A stretch of DNA of 64,000 nt. Source: Trichoplax adhaerens (Eukaryota; Animalia; Placozoa). The DNA is taken from the NCBI RefSeq assembly GCF_000150275.1, contig NW_002060955.1, positions 691,041 to 755,040 of the forward strand. Reading direction: 5' to 3'. Within the stretch, counting starts at the first letter, position 1. The number at the start of each line of letters is the position of its first letter. A model generated the notes under the pieces. It had not been told where the DNA came from. It ran no database searches and worked only from the letters and a program-made list of their open reading frames with translations. This document shows, one piece after another, positions 1 to 13,762 of the stretch. Position numbers and translations under genes: made by a program.

Positions 1-3000
1 CTTGATCTAGGAAAGTTGTCCAGAATCCAGCTACCGAAGCTAAAAAAATATATTATCCTCAGTATTAATTCACCTCTAGAATATCAATCATGTTATTCAT
101 TTTCCTTAATAGTACACAGCATACAAGAATAAAAATTAATTATACGCTTATTGGGCTTACATCTGCCCATTGCTGTCGGGGGATTCTTGCAATTCTGTTG
201 ATCTTTCAATTATAGCATCTTCAATTGCATCCGCGTACATCTCAGGTGTGACTCGAATTGAATCTGTATTGAAATTTTCCATTGTACTATTGACTAAAGC
301 AACTACTTCCGGATGATCCGGTCCTATTTCTTGTTCATCAATTACTTCATCATCGATTGGATCATCTACTTCTTCGTCATTTCCTTCGTCATCTGAAGCA
401 TTTGATGTACCTACGGTTGACAAAATCATTTTTCAGTAAAATATTTAATTGCTATATAATAGTAATGATCTAGTTTAGGACTAGCATTAATAGTAAGAGC
501 AAATATCAAGACTTTAAAATACAGGTTATACTTTTAGAAGACAATCTTCGCTCTTTCTGGGAAGCTCTTTCAGCTTCAAATTGCTGATTAGATTTAACAA
601 CTGATATAGCGTTCGCCAGTGCTTCTTCTTTTGCTTGTTTATAGAGATTATCTTTAACTGTTTGAAGATGTGGTTTAACTAATTCTTCAGCACTTAATAC
701 CTGTATTACCCACATTGTAAGTGCATAGCCATTAGAATATACTAGTTATGAATATAAGCATTATTATTTATTTATTATAGAAATAAAAACCTTAGCATTT
801 AATTTATTCGCTATAGATTTGGACAAAATCGTTTTTCCAGAACCAGGCGGACCTAATACAGCCAATTTGCAAGGAATTTTAGGTAGTGGGGGTAGTAAGT
901 AAGGCCTTGGATTTTTCATAAAAGCGTCCAGTGCTTCTTGAGAGGACATAAAAAACATCTGTCCGAGGAAACTAATAAATATAATTTTGATAGTTACTAT
1001 GTACAGTTATAGAAGCTGCACTAAGAATATCAGTTGAAGCTTTAAAATAGCATAAAGGGGTTTATTATTTACTCTATAATTACTATATATGCCTTCAATA
1101 GGGCATTGAGGTATAATTATATTGTAAATTTATAATAACTAAGTATCTTGATTACGTAAAATGAAATCATTTATATTGTCATAAGAATTATAAATGATGC
1201 CATTAAATTATAGCTACGCCAAACACTGCATAAATATAAAGTATAGTATTGTATGTTGCATTCTACGATTAAAACAGTAACTTGAAGTTATTGCATTTCA
1301 TATTACGGTATACATTATTAAAATACTCTTGCTGTTCATTTCACTACAATTAACAGTTACTATGTAGTGTGTACAAGTGGAAGAGTAGTATTACCTAACG
1401 CCAAATTCGGGCTTGCCCATGACAATATTGCCCTGTCTCAATGCTACAGGACAAGCTCTTCCCCAACGACTTCTTCGCCACCTAAATCGTGGTGCTAACA
1501 TATTTACAACTCCCATTGTTCTCATTAAATCATCATTGTCTATGTCATCTTGTGGGATTTCGTCTTCATCATTTTGTAGTCTTGTTGGTACAATCACAGA
1601 ACGAAGCTCGAAAGTACTGAGTTTTGCTAGTAAGGCCTACAATTTGCATTGAGTATTATGCAAATGATTAAGAATTTGTAAAATTTTAGTGTTTTTTTGA
1701 ATTGCTTAATGCTATTTTAGTGTATATATATATATATACATATAAAAATATATTTATTTATATGGTGGATGTGTATATATAAATAATTTTTACGAACGAT
1801 CTAACCAACCTTAAATAGTTCAATTGGAGCCAATTTAGCATCCAGTTCAATTAAATATTGCCTATCATGATCTGCCATATAATCCTATAACATTTTGAAG
1901 GGAGATAAAATATCGGTTCACAATTTGAAGTAATTCGATTATAAATTATTGATGATTTTTTGATATCTTTAGTAAATACCTCTAGTGGCCTTAAAAGAAT
2001 TTCTTTGTAATATTTAATGCTGTGCAGAATACGAGGAGAAAAATCTTCAGGCCTTCTAACTAATCTTTCGACTACTTCTTCAGTAAGTTCACCAATCATA
2101 CTAAATACCTGTTAATAAAACAAAACTTACCATTAAAATCATAACGTTTATTTTTTAAACATTCTGGATGGGACAGTTGATAGTTATATTTAGCTATTAT
2201 CATTTAGCAAACTGCATACATCCTCTTCTATAATTTCGCCGCTAGTGATAGAATCCTCTTCATCTATTTCTTCTTCTTCTTCCTCAATACTCTCCTCTTC
2301 GTTATCTAAACTTTCATCTATTAACCGCTGGGGTTCATAGACTTCTTTTACGAAGACTTCATTGGTAACCGGATCAACTTTGAGATTAAGCCGACGATGA
2401 TATAAATCCTGATCTGGAATCTGTATTGAAAGTAAATTACTATTGTAAGCGTTATGGTAACTTTGTAATTTAGTAGAGAAATTTATAGTTGATCGTCTAT
2501 CCAGTGCAACCTTTAAGTTAACGATAAAGTCCGGTTTTAAAGGCCAAGACTGTATCGATTGTATCTGTTTTGCTGGGGTCATCCATTCGTTTGATGCAGA
2601 CGGAAAATCATCCAAAACATACCCTGTAGTGATATTATTATAATTGTTATAATAACTCTTGGTAAAATTGGCAGACTTTGAATTAAAAGTTTTAGTAATG
2701 GACAACAGTTAACAGATATGACGTAATTACGTATTTTAATTAACAAATTTACCATGATGTTGCACTTCTGGAGATTCTAACTTATTTAACAAAATTTCCA
2801 TTGCTAATTCTTCTGGCACACTGTCGCCATTGAGTAACAACTGCTTAGCCTAGATAATACAAGAAATTGATATTCAATTGGCATTAATTTAGCTCTTTAA
2901 CTATAAAGATGAGTTTGATGGTAGCTTGACCAACCTTTAGGCCAAGCACAGTTTCTTCCTTTATCGCTTCTTCAAGCGTTTGAGTACAATTTACCAAGAT

Positions 3001-3472
3001 GCATTTCCAAGTCTTGGCTAATCTTAACGCCAATGTGGTCTTGCCAGAACCCTAATGTGTGCAATCGTTGAAGCTCTCAGCTAACTTAGCCTAGTATATG
3101 GCATACTTTGTGCAGAGGTACTTACCGGTTTCCCAATAATGATAAAACAGGTTGGTTTAGTAGTTAAGACGTTCTTGAAAACCTATAGGAGGTAAACTTT
3201 AGCTTAGAGATATTCACATTTTTGCTGCGATAAAAATTTCGGTTATGAACGATATTGATATTTGGATCATGATTCTACTGTAACCGTATACAGGTATGCG
3301 CAAAAAGAGTGTGGTATATTTTAATTTATCTAATGCACGGAAAATCAAATTAAAGTAACTAAACAACATTAATACCTTCAGGCATTTGGAGTAATTATGA
3401 TGATTATTATAAACTAACCTTATCATCGTCGTATTCATCCACCATTTTTTGGTTGAAAATATTACTGTCCAT
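1..3472 (-). CDS. AK9: Adenylate kinase 9-like, 5' portion; multi-exon, continues beyond the left edge of the window
   Basis: Spliced exons read MDSNIFNQKMVDEYDDDK|VFKNVLTTKPTCFIIIGKP|GSGKTTLALRLAKTWKCILVN (P-loop), then GYVLDDFP...LKPDFIVNLK, an E-rich tract, PRFRWRRSRWGRACPVAL...GKPEF, FFMSSQEALDAFMKNPRPYLLPPLP and a second P-loop GPPGSGKT. This matches the AK9 architecture. The ATG at 3472 has an in-frame upstream stop. Confidence 0.92.
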
Positions 3473-3953
3473 GATTTAATAAATCATACTATCGATTTTG
3501 CTGATCCTGTGATCGAAAAGACGCGTACATTCAATTCAGATGAGTAGTACTATGACTATCGTTGAGGGTAATTTAGTGCAATTTAGTTAATATTAAATTA
3601 GGTTTAACATTACGCTACTGTACTGTAGATAGGTAATAAAACAAGAAATTATGATAAACTAGTTGTATTCAATGATCAAATAGATTAAGTGTCTGTAAAA
3701 TTTTCGAATTTGTATCATTGAGTTTCTACCACCATCAATTGATCCAGTATACATACAAACATGAACGCAATCTTCATCAAGCTACCTTACCAATTATTTT
3801 ATCTGTGATGGAAGGTATCGCTTTTAGCCAACTATGCTAGATTGATTATCCACTTTTTGCCAAGGAATAATTTACTCTTGTATATTACAAACGTTGTCAG
3901 GCTTGGGCTGATGTATGCTCTTCCCAGCTTGTCCACTATTCTGTATATACGTG

Positions 3954-3967
3954 GTTACTATAGAAAC
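3954..3967. promoter_or_regulatory. RFX X-box motif upstream of AK9
   Basis: GTTACTATAGAAAC fits the 14-bp X-box consensus RYYNYY-WW-RRNRAC. It lies ~480 bp upstream of the ATG of a ciliary gene that has a 5'UTR intron. Confidence 0.6.
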
Positions 3968-4004
3968 CAACTTGGTCTTGCTGACGGACTACGCGACTAA
4001 CGCG

Positions 4005-4500
4005 AGTGTTCACTGTTCAGTGTTCAGTAGTCAGGAAAGCGTACTACAGTACAGTATACCGTACGGTACATTATTGTTCATTGCACACTGTATTGTACAC
4101 TGTACACTGTACAGTACTGATTCGACTCAGTTGGAACAGTCATAGTGCCCGTGATAGAAGATCTTGGCGTCTGCCTAGCCTGAGTCCTGTACAGTGTACA
4201 GTGTACACTGTACAGTACTGATTCGACTCAGTTGGGACAGTCCTAGCGTACAGTAATTCCGTCTGCCTAGCCTGAGAGTCCTGTACTGTACACTGTAGTG
4301 ACTGTACAGTACAGTACATTACTGTACTAGCTTGAGTCTAATGCTATTCCTGTACAGTGTACAGTACACAGTACACTGTAAATTGAAGATGTACTGTAAG
4401 GGTTTGTACTGTACTGTGTTCACTGTGTACAGTACAGTACAGTACAGCACACTGTAGTACACAGTACTAGGGACCTTTATTAAAGTACAAAGTACTCTAA
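4005..4500. repeat. TACAGT/ACTGTA-rich low-complexity island containing an ~100-bp tandem duplication
   Basis: Dense GTACAGTAC/GTACTGTAC/TGTACA words. TGTACACTGTACAGTACTGATTCGACTCAGTTGG occurs at 4101 and 4202, and CGTCTGCCTAGCCTGAG at 4168 and 4260. Confidence 0.8.
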
Positions 4501-4779
4501 GGAAATTCTTTTCCATCTGTGTTGTGGCTAATTCCAGGCGTCCGTCAATCCCTCAACTTGCCTCATTCAGAATGCATCAAACTCCGTTATATCACTTATA
4601 TACCTCGCTGAAATGATTGTGAAATGGTATTACTATAGAATGTAATGCATTTGTAGAGCTATTTCAGCCAAGAATACTTCTATAGTACAACGAGTTCGAT
4701 GCATTCTGACTGCGAGCTAGCGTACTGCATAACATCTTCGATTGCCAAATTCTACGCTAGTACGACAATCTTGCATATC

Positions 4780-4995
4780 GTCCAGTACTGAACTTCGCAG
4801 GTCTTGTGTACAGTCTACTGCAGTACACTCAGTACGCAGTACTGTATCGAGCAGTACAGTAGCGACTAGTGACTACGGATGTCGGAATACAGGACACCGG
4901 TCGACCACTAGGCAAATCGAGTGGTTCTGTCTATCTAGTCTGTCCATGGCTCTTGACAGTGTCGTCATGCGTGTACAGTACTGTGTGCAGTAGTG
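4780..4995. repeat. Second TACAGTAC-rich island immediately upstream of the ZNF277 start
   Basis: Repeated CAGTAC/GTACAG/GTACTG words in a locally GC-elevated stretch. Confidence 0.55.
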
Positions 4996-5070
4996 TGTGT
5001 CGGTCAAACGTTGAAGTCGAAGGGATGCTGTTGAGTTTCGAATCTCCTTTTCGTCAGAAAGTGTGCAACG

Positions 5071-8000
5071 ATGGATGATGGCAAAATTCCATGCCTTCTG
5101 TGCAATCAATTATTTCGTCATAAGGAAGAACTGCAAGATCATATGCAAAGCAATTACTCGTTAACTATTAATAGCATAGAATGCGTAGCTGATTTATCCA
5201 GGTAACAACTACTGTATAGTGAAGTCATTTAGACGGCGATGAAGTCGACATGAATACAGTACATCAGTACACCATTGCTACCAGCTAAAATTTGATTGCA
5301 TCACTGACAGTCCCAATATACTCGCTATTCGATAGAAGAACTCTGTTGCTACCATGCTTGCGTAATAATGATGATGTATGCTAGTGAAATGCTATAGTTG
5401 ACAATTTGGAATGGGTAGTAAGTGCTAGATGTGACAATGAATGATACGCGTATCATTATAATAAATGAATGAATGATTGATTCATCATGGCTAGCTTCTG
5501 TCCTCCTTGCAAGCCACGTAGGCTCATGTTGACCAATGATGGATGTACTTGCTCCATGTTATGTCTATATTTTGCTATCAAGGATATCACTGTCATGATG
5601 ATATTGTATGGCTCGAATAGTATTGATGCAAAAGCTTGGATAGGTCTGCTATTCGGCTACGGTGTAGGAAAGCATAGTGTTAGTCGTAGCGGCGTAGGTA
5701 TATTATTAATTACGAGTAATTATTGTACTACATTACTAGCCTGACCTACAAAAGAATACAAACCATATTACTTTCGAATGGATGTTCTACTCAGTATACA
5801 GTTCTAGCTGTTATTCGGTCTAGCACAAGCATAGTAAAATCAAGTTCATCTAGGTTGCATTGTATACTATTACATTGAATAACATTGGATGGTACTAAGG
5901 TAGTTATCACTTAAAGATTGCTGACAAGAAGCAATGTTATTATGCCACATATCGCAAAGTTCATACATTACGCGTATTACTGTACTATTGGATACGACTA
6001 TGATTGAAGATGGCAATTTTTCGGTGAGAATAGGTATTTAAAGTATTGGAAAGACAGATTAACCATAGATAATTTCAAGGACCTTCTACCGTTCGATCAT
6101 CAAATAGGTAAAATCTAAAATTTGGGATGCATTATTTTACAATTTACTAGTAACTAGCAGTATAATTAATTGATTCTTTACATGTGCACGTACAAACTAT
6201 AAGAGCTGTATGTGTTAGGCCGTGATAATGAAGATGACTGCAATCTTAGAGAGAAATTAAAAAAGGATACTTTGGTGAGTCTATGTAGAAGTTGTGCAAT
6301 CTTACCGAAATAAAGCTTTTCATAAGCATAATACGAGCTTTGAATGAAATCTCACTATCCCGAGTAACTTTAGATAAAATTTTATCGTGATGTATATCAG
6401 CTTGAAATTGAAATGTTAGACCGTATCACAATGCTTGTCATGCGGTATTTCCTATTATGACCTTTGCTGGTAATGACTAGACTTTAAGTGCGACAGTTGA
6501 TCTCTTTTTCAATTTGTTGTATACGAGTAGTTAGCTGCCTTAGCTCAACAAGAACGAGAAAGGATGGACAGTGAACGGATGCTATCGTGTTTATTTTGTA
6601 AAAAATTATCAACTAGCAAAAGGTACTGCTGGTTAGCAAGTTAAATACTTATCATCGAATGTTGGTCTAAAGTGTCTTGAAATTATTTCTAGTAATCAGC
6701 TTATTAAGTATAAAAATTCCAGAACTTATAGAATGTCTATTCTTTGAAATGAAATAGAAAGGAGTTACTAAATCATATGAATGAAGAGCATGCGTTTAAT
6801 TTAGGCTTACCAGATAATCTAGGTAACCCTTGGTGACTACAGTATTATGATTTTATTGCTATAGTTTCAATACATGGTGCCTCATAGGTTATTATAAATG
6901 CTCTTCATAGAGCTAACCCTTCAAAGCTGACTTTTATCAATTACGTTTTAACAGTTTACGTAGATCAGTTTTTAACCATCTTGAAATATAAGCTAGAACG
7001 GTATGATATTTTATTTTGTACGTTTACTTGAATTGCTTTCTACAGTGTAAAAGGATTAATCACAATTCGAAATATAAGTAATGAAAACTATTTTCTCGTA
7101 GATTTATTTGTTTATATTGCGAAAGAACTTTCCGCGATTCTACCACGTTGAAAGACCACATGAGAAAGAAAAGGCATAGAAAAATTAATGCCAATAACAA
7201 GGAATACGATAAATTTTATATTATTAATTATCTAAGTAAGTACTCTTATATACCAAAATTCAAGAACTTGGAAATTTCCTTTTAGATTTACAAGTAAACA
7301 GACAGTATCATTACTAGCAAGTTAAAAATACAGACTGTGCTGCACTGCATTAAATAGGATCCTGGTAAAGGTTGGAAGAATATTCAAGAAGAAGAGAACA
7401 GACAAGACGACAACGATACAGACAACTCGGATGAGTGAGAGACTTTTATAGCTAATTTGCAGTTATATAGGGGATAACTGACTATCTCATTAAAGTTTTG
7501 CTATAACCTTTCTGCAGGGAGTGGAGCGATGAATCTATCGATCAGGCTGCAAACGCTTCATGTTTGTTCTGTGATTTGACTTCCCAAGTCAATGATGTTG
7601 TCGTCCACTTGAACGTAAGGTTACTCATATAAGTTCTATAATATAGTAATTTTTAAACTTACTTACTGTCCGTAATCATTAGGATTTTCACAATTTTAAT
7701 ATTTCTGGTCTTGTGAAACAATTCGGTAAGAAACTATACTATATCTATACAAGAGTATAAATAAAGAAATAGTATAGTCCAATAATTTAATTTCCATAGA
7801 TTCGAACAGAGCTATGTTACAATATTCTCGTGTGTATTTGGACTCATAGGACTAAATATCTACGAACAGATAAAACTAATTAACTACTTACGATTAAAGG
7901 TAAGTCATGCAAGTAATAGTTCAATGAAAAATATTATTTGTACGAGATGCGTGAATCTATGTTAATGCCGATTTCTGTAACCGATAAAATTTAGATTTAG

Positions 8001-8493
8001 TTTATTAATGATTATAGAAATGTGACTTGGGTGTTAATAAATTAATTAATTGTAGAAAAATGAAAATAAATGCGGATTTTGTGGCTGTCAGTGCGCCAGT
8101 GTGGAAGAATTTTCAACGCATGTTAATGGGGCTCATCTATGTTTTAATTCTGAAATCAAGGAGATTCAACTTCCCGCTAAAGAACATTGGAACCTATCAC
8201 TGTATGTCACGTACCTGAAATGCTTTGATGTACTGTACCCATAGTGGGAAAAATATCTATTTGAATGCTTTCGTCGATGCAAGTACAGTACTGCTCCAAT
8301 TTTGTTATTTTGGAGTATTACTGTACATCGTAAGCTAGCATTAAGTTACTTTTCTTTGGTTGCTATTGCCGGGCGGCATCATTACTAAATTGTTTTAATT
8401 TGAATTATCTGTAGATTTTTGTTCCCAGTCATTGAAGATGATCCATTGCTATGTATATTAGAAGATGAATCCACTGATTGTTCGCCATTGTGA
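5071..8493 (+). CDS. ZNF277: Zinc finger protein 277 (C2H2), 13 coding exons
   Basis: Exons 5071-5201, 6034-6107, 6219-6274, 6531-6622, 6758-6822, 6955-7000, 7102-~7235, ~7358-7434, 7518-7614, 7683-7725, 7850-7899, 8056-8201 and 8415-8493. They give PCLLC..H..VADLSRYLKYWK, ELLNHMNEEHAFNLGLPDNL, CLYCERTFRDSTTLKDHMRKKRHRKINANNKEYDKFYIINYL, IYEQIKLINYLR and FLFPVIEDDPLLC, all hallmark ZNF277 motifs. Confidence 0.93.
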
Positions 8494-9303
8494 TTGTATA
8501 AACGATAGACTATAGTCTTTACGGAAATAACTCTAGATTAACGTTTGCTATAGTTGAGTACGAACTCACACGTTCATATGTATATACATGCACACTATGA
8601 AGCTTACGAAGAGAGGATAAATTATCTTCCACACCGTTAGTTAAAATAGTTTTTACATTTTTATTTCAATCTTTACTACCCATCTATTTATTTGCTAGAC
8701 TTAAATGGTTGTTTCTTATATTAATCGGTTAGCAGCTATTTAAAAATTTTTTAAGTTGACGTGATGCAAGGTTAATTGCTATCAAATTGTAAGGCCTAAA
8801 AAGTTGTAACTATATGATTAATAACAATGCTGCTGTCGATATAAGATGTAATTGATGTGATTACACTGTACCTGTACATATTGTTTAAAATTAATTAGTT
8901 AAGTACGGTATGCCAGTCAATGACTACAAGCCATTGCTATAAAGTTGCAGAATGAATTTGGCTTAATAAAAATAGAAAATTAAAATTGCAAATGCTCTGC
9001 ATATATACAGTAAAAGAAATTTCTGCGATACTATGTTATTAGTATTTCAGGTACACAGCACATTTTTTAAAATTGTAATTTGTAGCAGTTCAATTTTGTT
9101 TTCGAATTACAGCGATACTATATAACGCATTACCGCATGGGTGTGCAGTAAACGGGTATCACACGTATATACAAAATCAAAGTAAATTATTGTATTGCTA
9201 ATCTGCCAAATCAGCATCGCATTACAAAGGGTAGAAAACGAGATACAGCACAAATAATTGTAAATAAAAGATACTATTACGATATCGTCATTCCAGAATA
9301 ACT

Positions 9304-12300
9304 TTATTTCCTCCCCCAAAAATTCTCCTTTCTTTGTTTAGATCTTTCTAGTACATCAGAAGCATAAGAACTAGCCATAGAGGAAACTGACTCTCGATCA
9401 TCCAATAAACGGTTTTTTAATTTAGAAATTCGGTCTGAAATTTCTGCTATATTGCCGTCATGGGGATTATTATCGCCAGTATTTCGATGAGAATTCGAAT
9501 AATATCCTCTGTCTGTACTGTTTTCATTACCAGCAACATTACCATTTTCATTGCGCTTAACGATTGTAGTTGCATTCTGGCCAAATTTTCGTCTCAGATT
9601 GGATGATTTTGGCGGCCTTATATTTGAATCCGAAGTTAAATTGCGATTTTCTTTCGTCGCTTCGTTCTTGTGGTTAGCAAATCCGACGGTTGTTTTAGCT
9701 TTACTGTAGGTATCCACATTTTTTAAATTTCCTTTATATTCCTTATTTAATCCATCTACATAAAATTGAATTATTATCAATTAAATAATTTAGATATCAA
9801 ACGAGTTGTGTTGATGTTATAGTGAGTTGAAATGATTAAATTAGTTAATATGATGTATGAAGCTTATACGTAGATTCTTAATTTAAATAAAACATTGCAT
9901 ATGTGATAATATTTACAGTTGCCACTATGCAGCGTATTACCGGAGTTTGATTTTGTAGTTACGAAACCATTCGTTTGCTCATGGTCATGACTCTTACTCT
10001 TCGGTTCATATGCTTTGTTATCAATGGGATTTCTTCTTTCGACAATAGTATTACTTCCTAATTTCTCAAATTGGTCATTCCCATTCCCTTGTCCAGCTTC
10101 AATATTTCCATTACCAGGCCTTTCACTCAAAGTTTCTTCATCGTCGTAATCCTCATCAGCTTTGTTACTTTCTTCAGTTTCGTTTTCGTTCGCTTCGACG
10201 GTCCAGGCTTCCTTTGGCTGGGAAGGAGGCAATTGCTGTACTTGTGACACCTTCTACGAATAATATTAATCTTTATCAAATTACAGCATCAAAAGATGGA
10301 AATAAGGTAGATGTGAAATAACAATAGTACCTTTGAAGTTGTTGAGTAACTACCACGTTCATTTGTAGTGCGATTTTCTCTCCCTGATCTAGAAGTATCT
10401 GATGCAGGTTCCCAAAGATCTTCTTGTGCCATTTCCATTACCAATAGATTCTTTCTTGTAAAGAATGTTCCCTGCTGCGATCTTTCACGAAACAGTTGAA
10501 CCTTTTCACGCAGTTCCAAAATCTAATTATGACATAAACAATAAATACATCGTCAAAATTAACTAAGAATACGATCCATGATTATTCGCAGTCGTAAATA
10601 CTTATAAGTTGCCAAGCTATCTCAAATACCTGTTTATACCACGATGGTGTACCATCAGGAGAAATCACAGGAGAATTATCATCATCCTGGATATATAAAT
10701 CATAGAAATACGTAAGCAAATAGCTACAGTAAAATTAATATTTTAACATTTCTGTAAAAGAAATCAACTTAGACCAAGCTTCAAGAGGAAGTCTAAATTA
10801 AACATGCCTTAATTTTGGTTATATTCTTATCAGTGATTCGCTCTTTCGGAACGTAGGAACCTCCTCTGTATGCCATTAGGAAGGGTGCCTTAAAGTGTTC
10901 TTGATATTCCGTTGTAAATTTCCTAAATAGAAAATTAGATCATTTTAAGAATCGCTAAGGTAGTCACTAGTAAATCCTTTAATCTTAATGCTATACTTTC
11001 GTCTTCGATGAGGGAAGAAAGGTCGATCTGGATTTTCAGATTGCTCTAAACGTTCCATATAATCAGATATTTTGTCTTTATAACCAGATGCTTTAATATC
11101 TATTTTATTTTAAAAGAATAAATAAATTAATCTGGCAGATAGTATAAAAGAGATTGAATTGAAAAGATTACCTTCAGATTTCTCTTTCTATTGCAATTGT
11201 GGTAAAAAAATAGTAATTGGTTTGAGTAATCAAGAAAATGGAATTAATTTATAAATAATAATACGTAGAATCATTAAGTCTTAAGTGATTAGATTGCATA
11301 GACAAAATAATCATATAAATACGATTATACCTTATTATAATAGTCTCCATCTAGAATACTTTTCGTAGTATCTAAGCTGCTTTCCGATCGTTCATCGATA
11401 GAGCGGCTAGGACGTGCCAACCTTGATGATTGATCTTGCGCGGCTGGTTTAGTAGACTGCTGCATGGATTGCCTCCAATCCTGATACTGTCTTTGATATT
11501 CAGATTTTACGTTAGGCCTTGGGCCCATATCAACCTTAACAGGCGCTAGAAAAAGCAGAGAATATCGTAGATTGTTAAAACATGTATCATTGGTTATTAC
11601 CCTTTGTAAAATATTGCATAAAGCACTAGTGGTCTAACCAATATCAGTACTCGATTTGAAGATGGTATTATCTGCGGCAATAATTGGTGATGCTCTTTCC
11701 GGTAATTTTTTCCAATCGTATTGTCTCTGATACTCAGATTTGCCATAAGCTAATCTAGGAGGATTAGTAGGGCGTAAACCAGCTTTGTACTGTAATGCTT
11801 TGCTACCAATCTTATCCTGCAAAAAATCGAAAATGTCAGTTCAGTATTAAATCCTTACATTAGTATGTTATGATGTTACCTTATCATTAGAATAGGCTAA
11901 TAGTATAATAGTAGCTAATAGTTATACTTGTAATGCCTTAACGCGAGTATTATTTGTGAAACGCTGTTACGTATTTGATATTGATTGTTATTGTGTGTAG
12001 GTAGCAAGAAGATAATTCAAGTTGTAGCTCATGATAGTTGGATAAGATAGTAATTATGCTGAGATTAAGTTGAAATATGTATTTACTAATGGAATAACTA
12101 TGTTAGGAATATTTCAGTTCGAGATATCTTCCATAGTAAGGTATAATAATATAATTACAATGTAGTTGTTTACAAATTAGACAGTTCTTTATATAAAGTG
12201 AATCATTCGAGTAAGAAAGTACTGTATTGTGAATAACTGTGCCAATACAAGTTCTACCTTTACGATACGATACTGCATGTGCGTTTGATGTTTTAAAGCG

Positions 12301-13762
12301 TTTAAGCTAGTAGGTTAATTATTGACTTTTACTTTATGTTCCCTTATCGCAGAGTTAATTTATAATATATTACTATTTATTTCAAATTTTTTAGGCTATA
12401 CTGGATTAAAACATCAAGTGTAAGAAGAATCTAATGTAACAACAGAATATTATGTCCTTACGCCAATGTCTACGACAGAAATGAAAAGTTTACATTTCAT
12501 CTAAGATTAGGTCAGAAATTATTAATAATAACTTGTTGATATGATGCTATCCAAAATAATAATGACGTAAATATAATACGAGCAGCTTACTTCATCTTTG
12601 ATGGCTGCTTTTTGTCTCACTTCTTGAACAAGACTTTGTGGAGTATCATCTGGAGCAGTGTAGGGTCTGGCTTGATTGATCTTATTATTTGCTTCTTGAT
12701 ACTTTAATGATTCACCAGCAGAATCGGGATGCTTTAAAGTAAAATGAAGCAATTCATCAAAGTATATCAGGGTTAACTAGTTCTATATGAACTGACAACA
12801 CTAGCAATCGTATTTATGTTTACATCAACAACATCCGTCAGACTGATAGCAACAGCTAAAGTGTACTATCAACAGATAAATATCTCAGTATTTAACTGGC
12901 TACTATGAGATAAGATTGTAGTAATGAATCTTTACTACGACTACGATAATACAACTTGCGCCTAAACGAAATGCTGTAGGCGTATATTATCAAGACGTTG
13001 GTTTCAAAGCATAAAATGGGAAACAATTTTCAATCTTGTTTATTTGTACTTTCTATACTATATTTCTTAGAATCATATGCCATCGTCGCTACCTGAATAG
13101 TAACTCTTTTTTTCCTCTGCAATGGTGGCTCTCTAGCGGTTGATGATTCCTCCGATGGGATTCCTGCCGTGCTTGACTTCTCGACGGTTGGTCTATCTTG
13201 AAAGTTTGCAGCTTGATTCTGTGATGGAAAAACTGCACTTTACTTTGGCCTTCCTTCCACAGTTTACCGATGCTGTAAACTATTCCAATGATTAACACTA
13301 CAGTAACACTACTACAGTAGTAGTCGATAGTTTTTATCCACTATGAAAGTACTGGCTTTAACTTGTACAAAAAAGCAAAGGATGGAAATTGGCATAAAGC
13401 TTATGCTACTGTATAGTAGAAATAATTGGAATGTTACCCTAGTTTGTCCTTGAGACTTACTGTAACTTTATTACAGTATAATAGTCGGATTTTTGCAATA
13501 GAGAAAGAATTTTTTATGTATAGCAGTATTGTAAGACTGATAACAAATAGAGTATTTCTAAAGGGCAATATGTATGCAAACGGAAGAGTAAACTCAATAA
13601 GCAATTAGTGCAAGTCTTTATTGTAACGATGCATATCTACGATCACTTAGGCTAAAGGAATGTAATCCTGGAAGATATCCTACTCAGCTTGCATCCTTTT
13701 AACAGTGTTCTATTCCTGTATGGATTTAATTCGAAATGGCCTACCTCAAATCTAACAGGCAT
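9304..13762 (-). CDS. MDM1: MDM1 nuclear/centriolar microtubule-binding protein, multi-exon
   Basis: First coding exon MPVRFE (13745-13762; human begins MPVRFK), then EPPLQRKKRV, repeats SEYQRQYDW / SEYQRQYQDW / TEYQEHF, WYKQ|ILELREKVQLFRERSQQGTFF, and a C-terminus SYASDVLERSKQRKENFWGRK*. Some internal exon boundaries are uncertain. Confidence 0.9.

Noticed and set aside
4100-4300. CRISPR-like repeat-spacer pattern
   Set aside because: Eukaryotic context, only two units, the 'spacers' are themselves repeated, and there are no cas genes.
3915-5109. Short V/Q/Y/C/T-rich ORFs in the ORF track (also 14554-14826)
   Set aside because: They are by-products of the stop-poor TACAGT repeats and carry no protein motifs.
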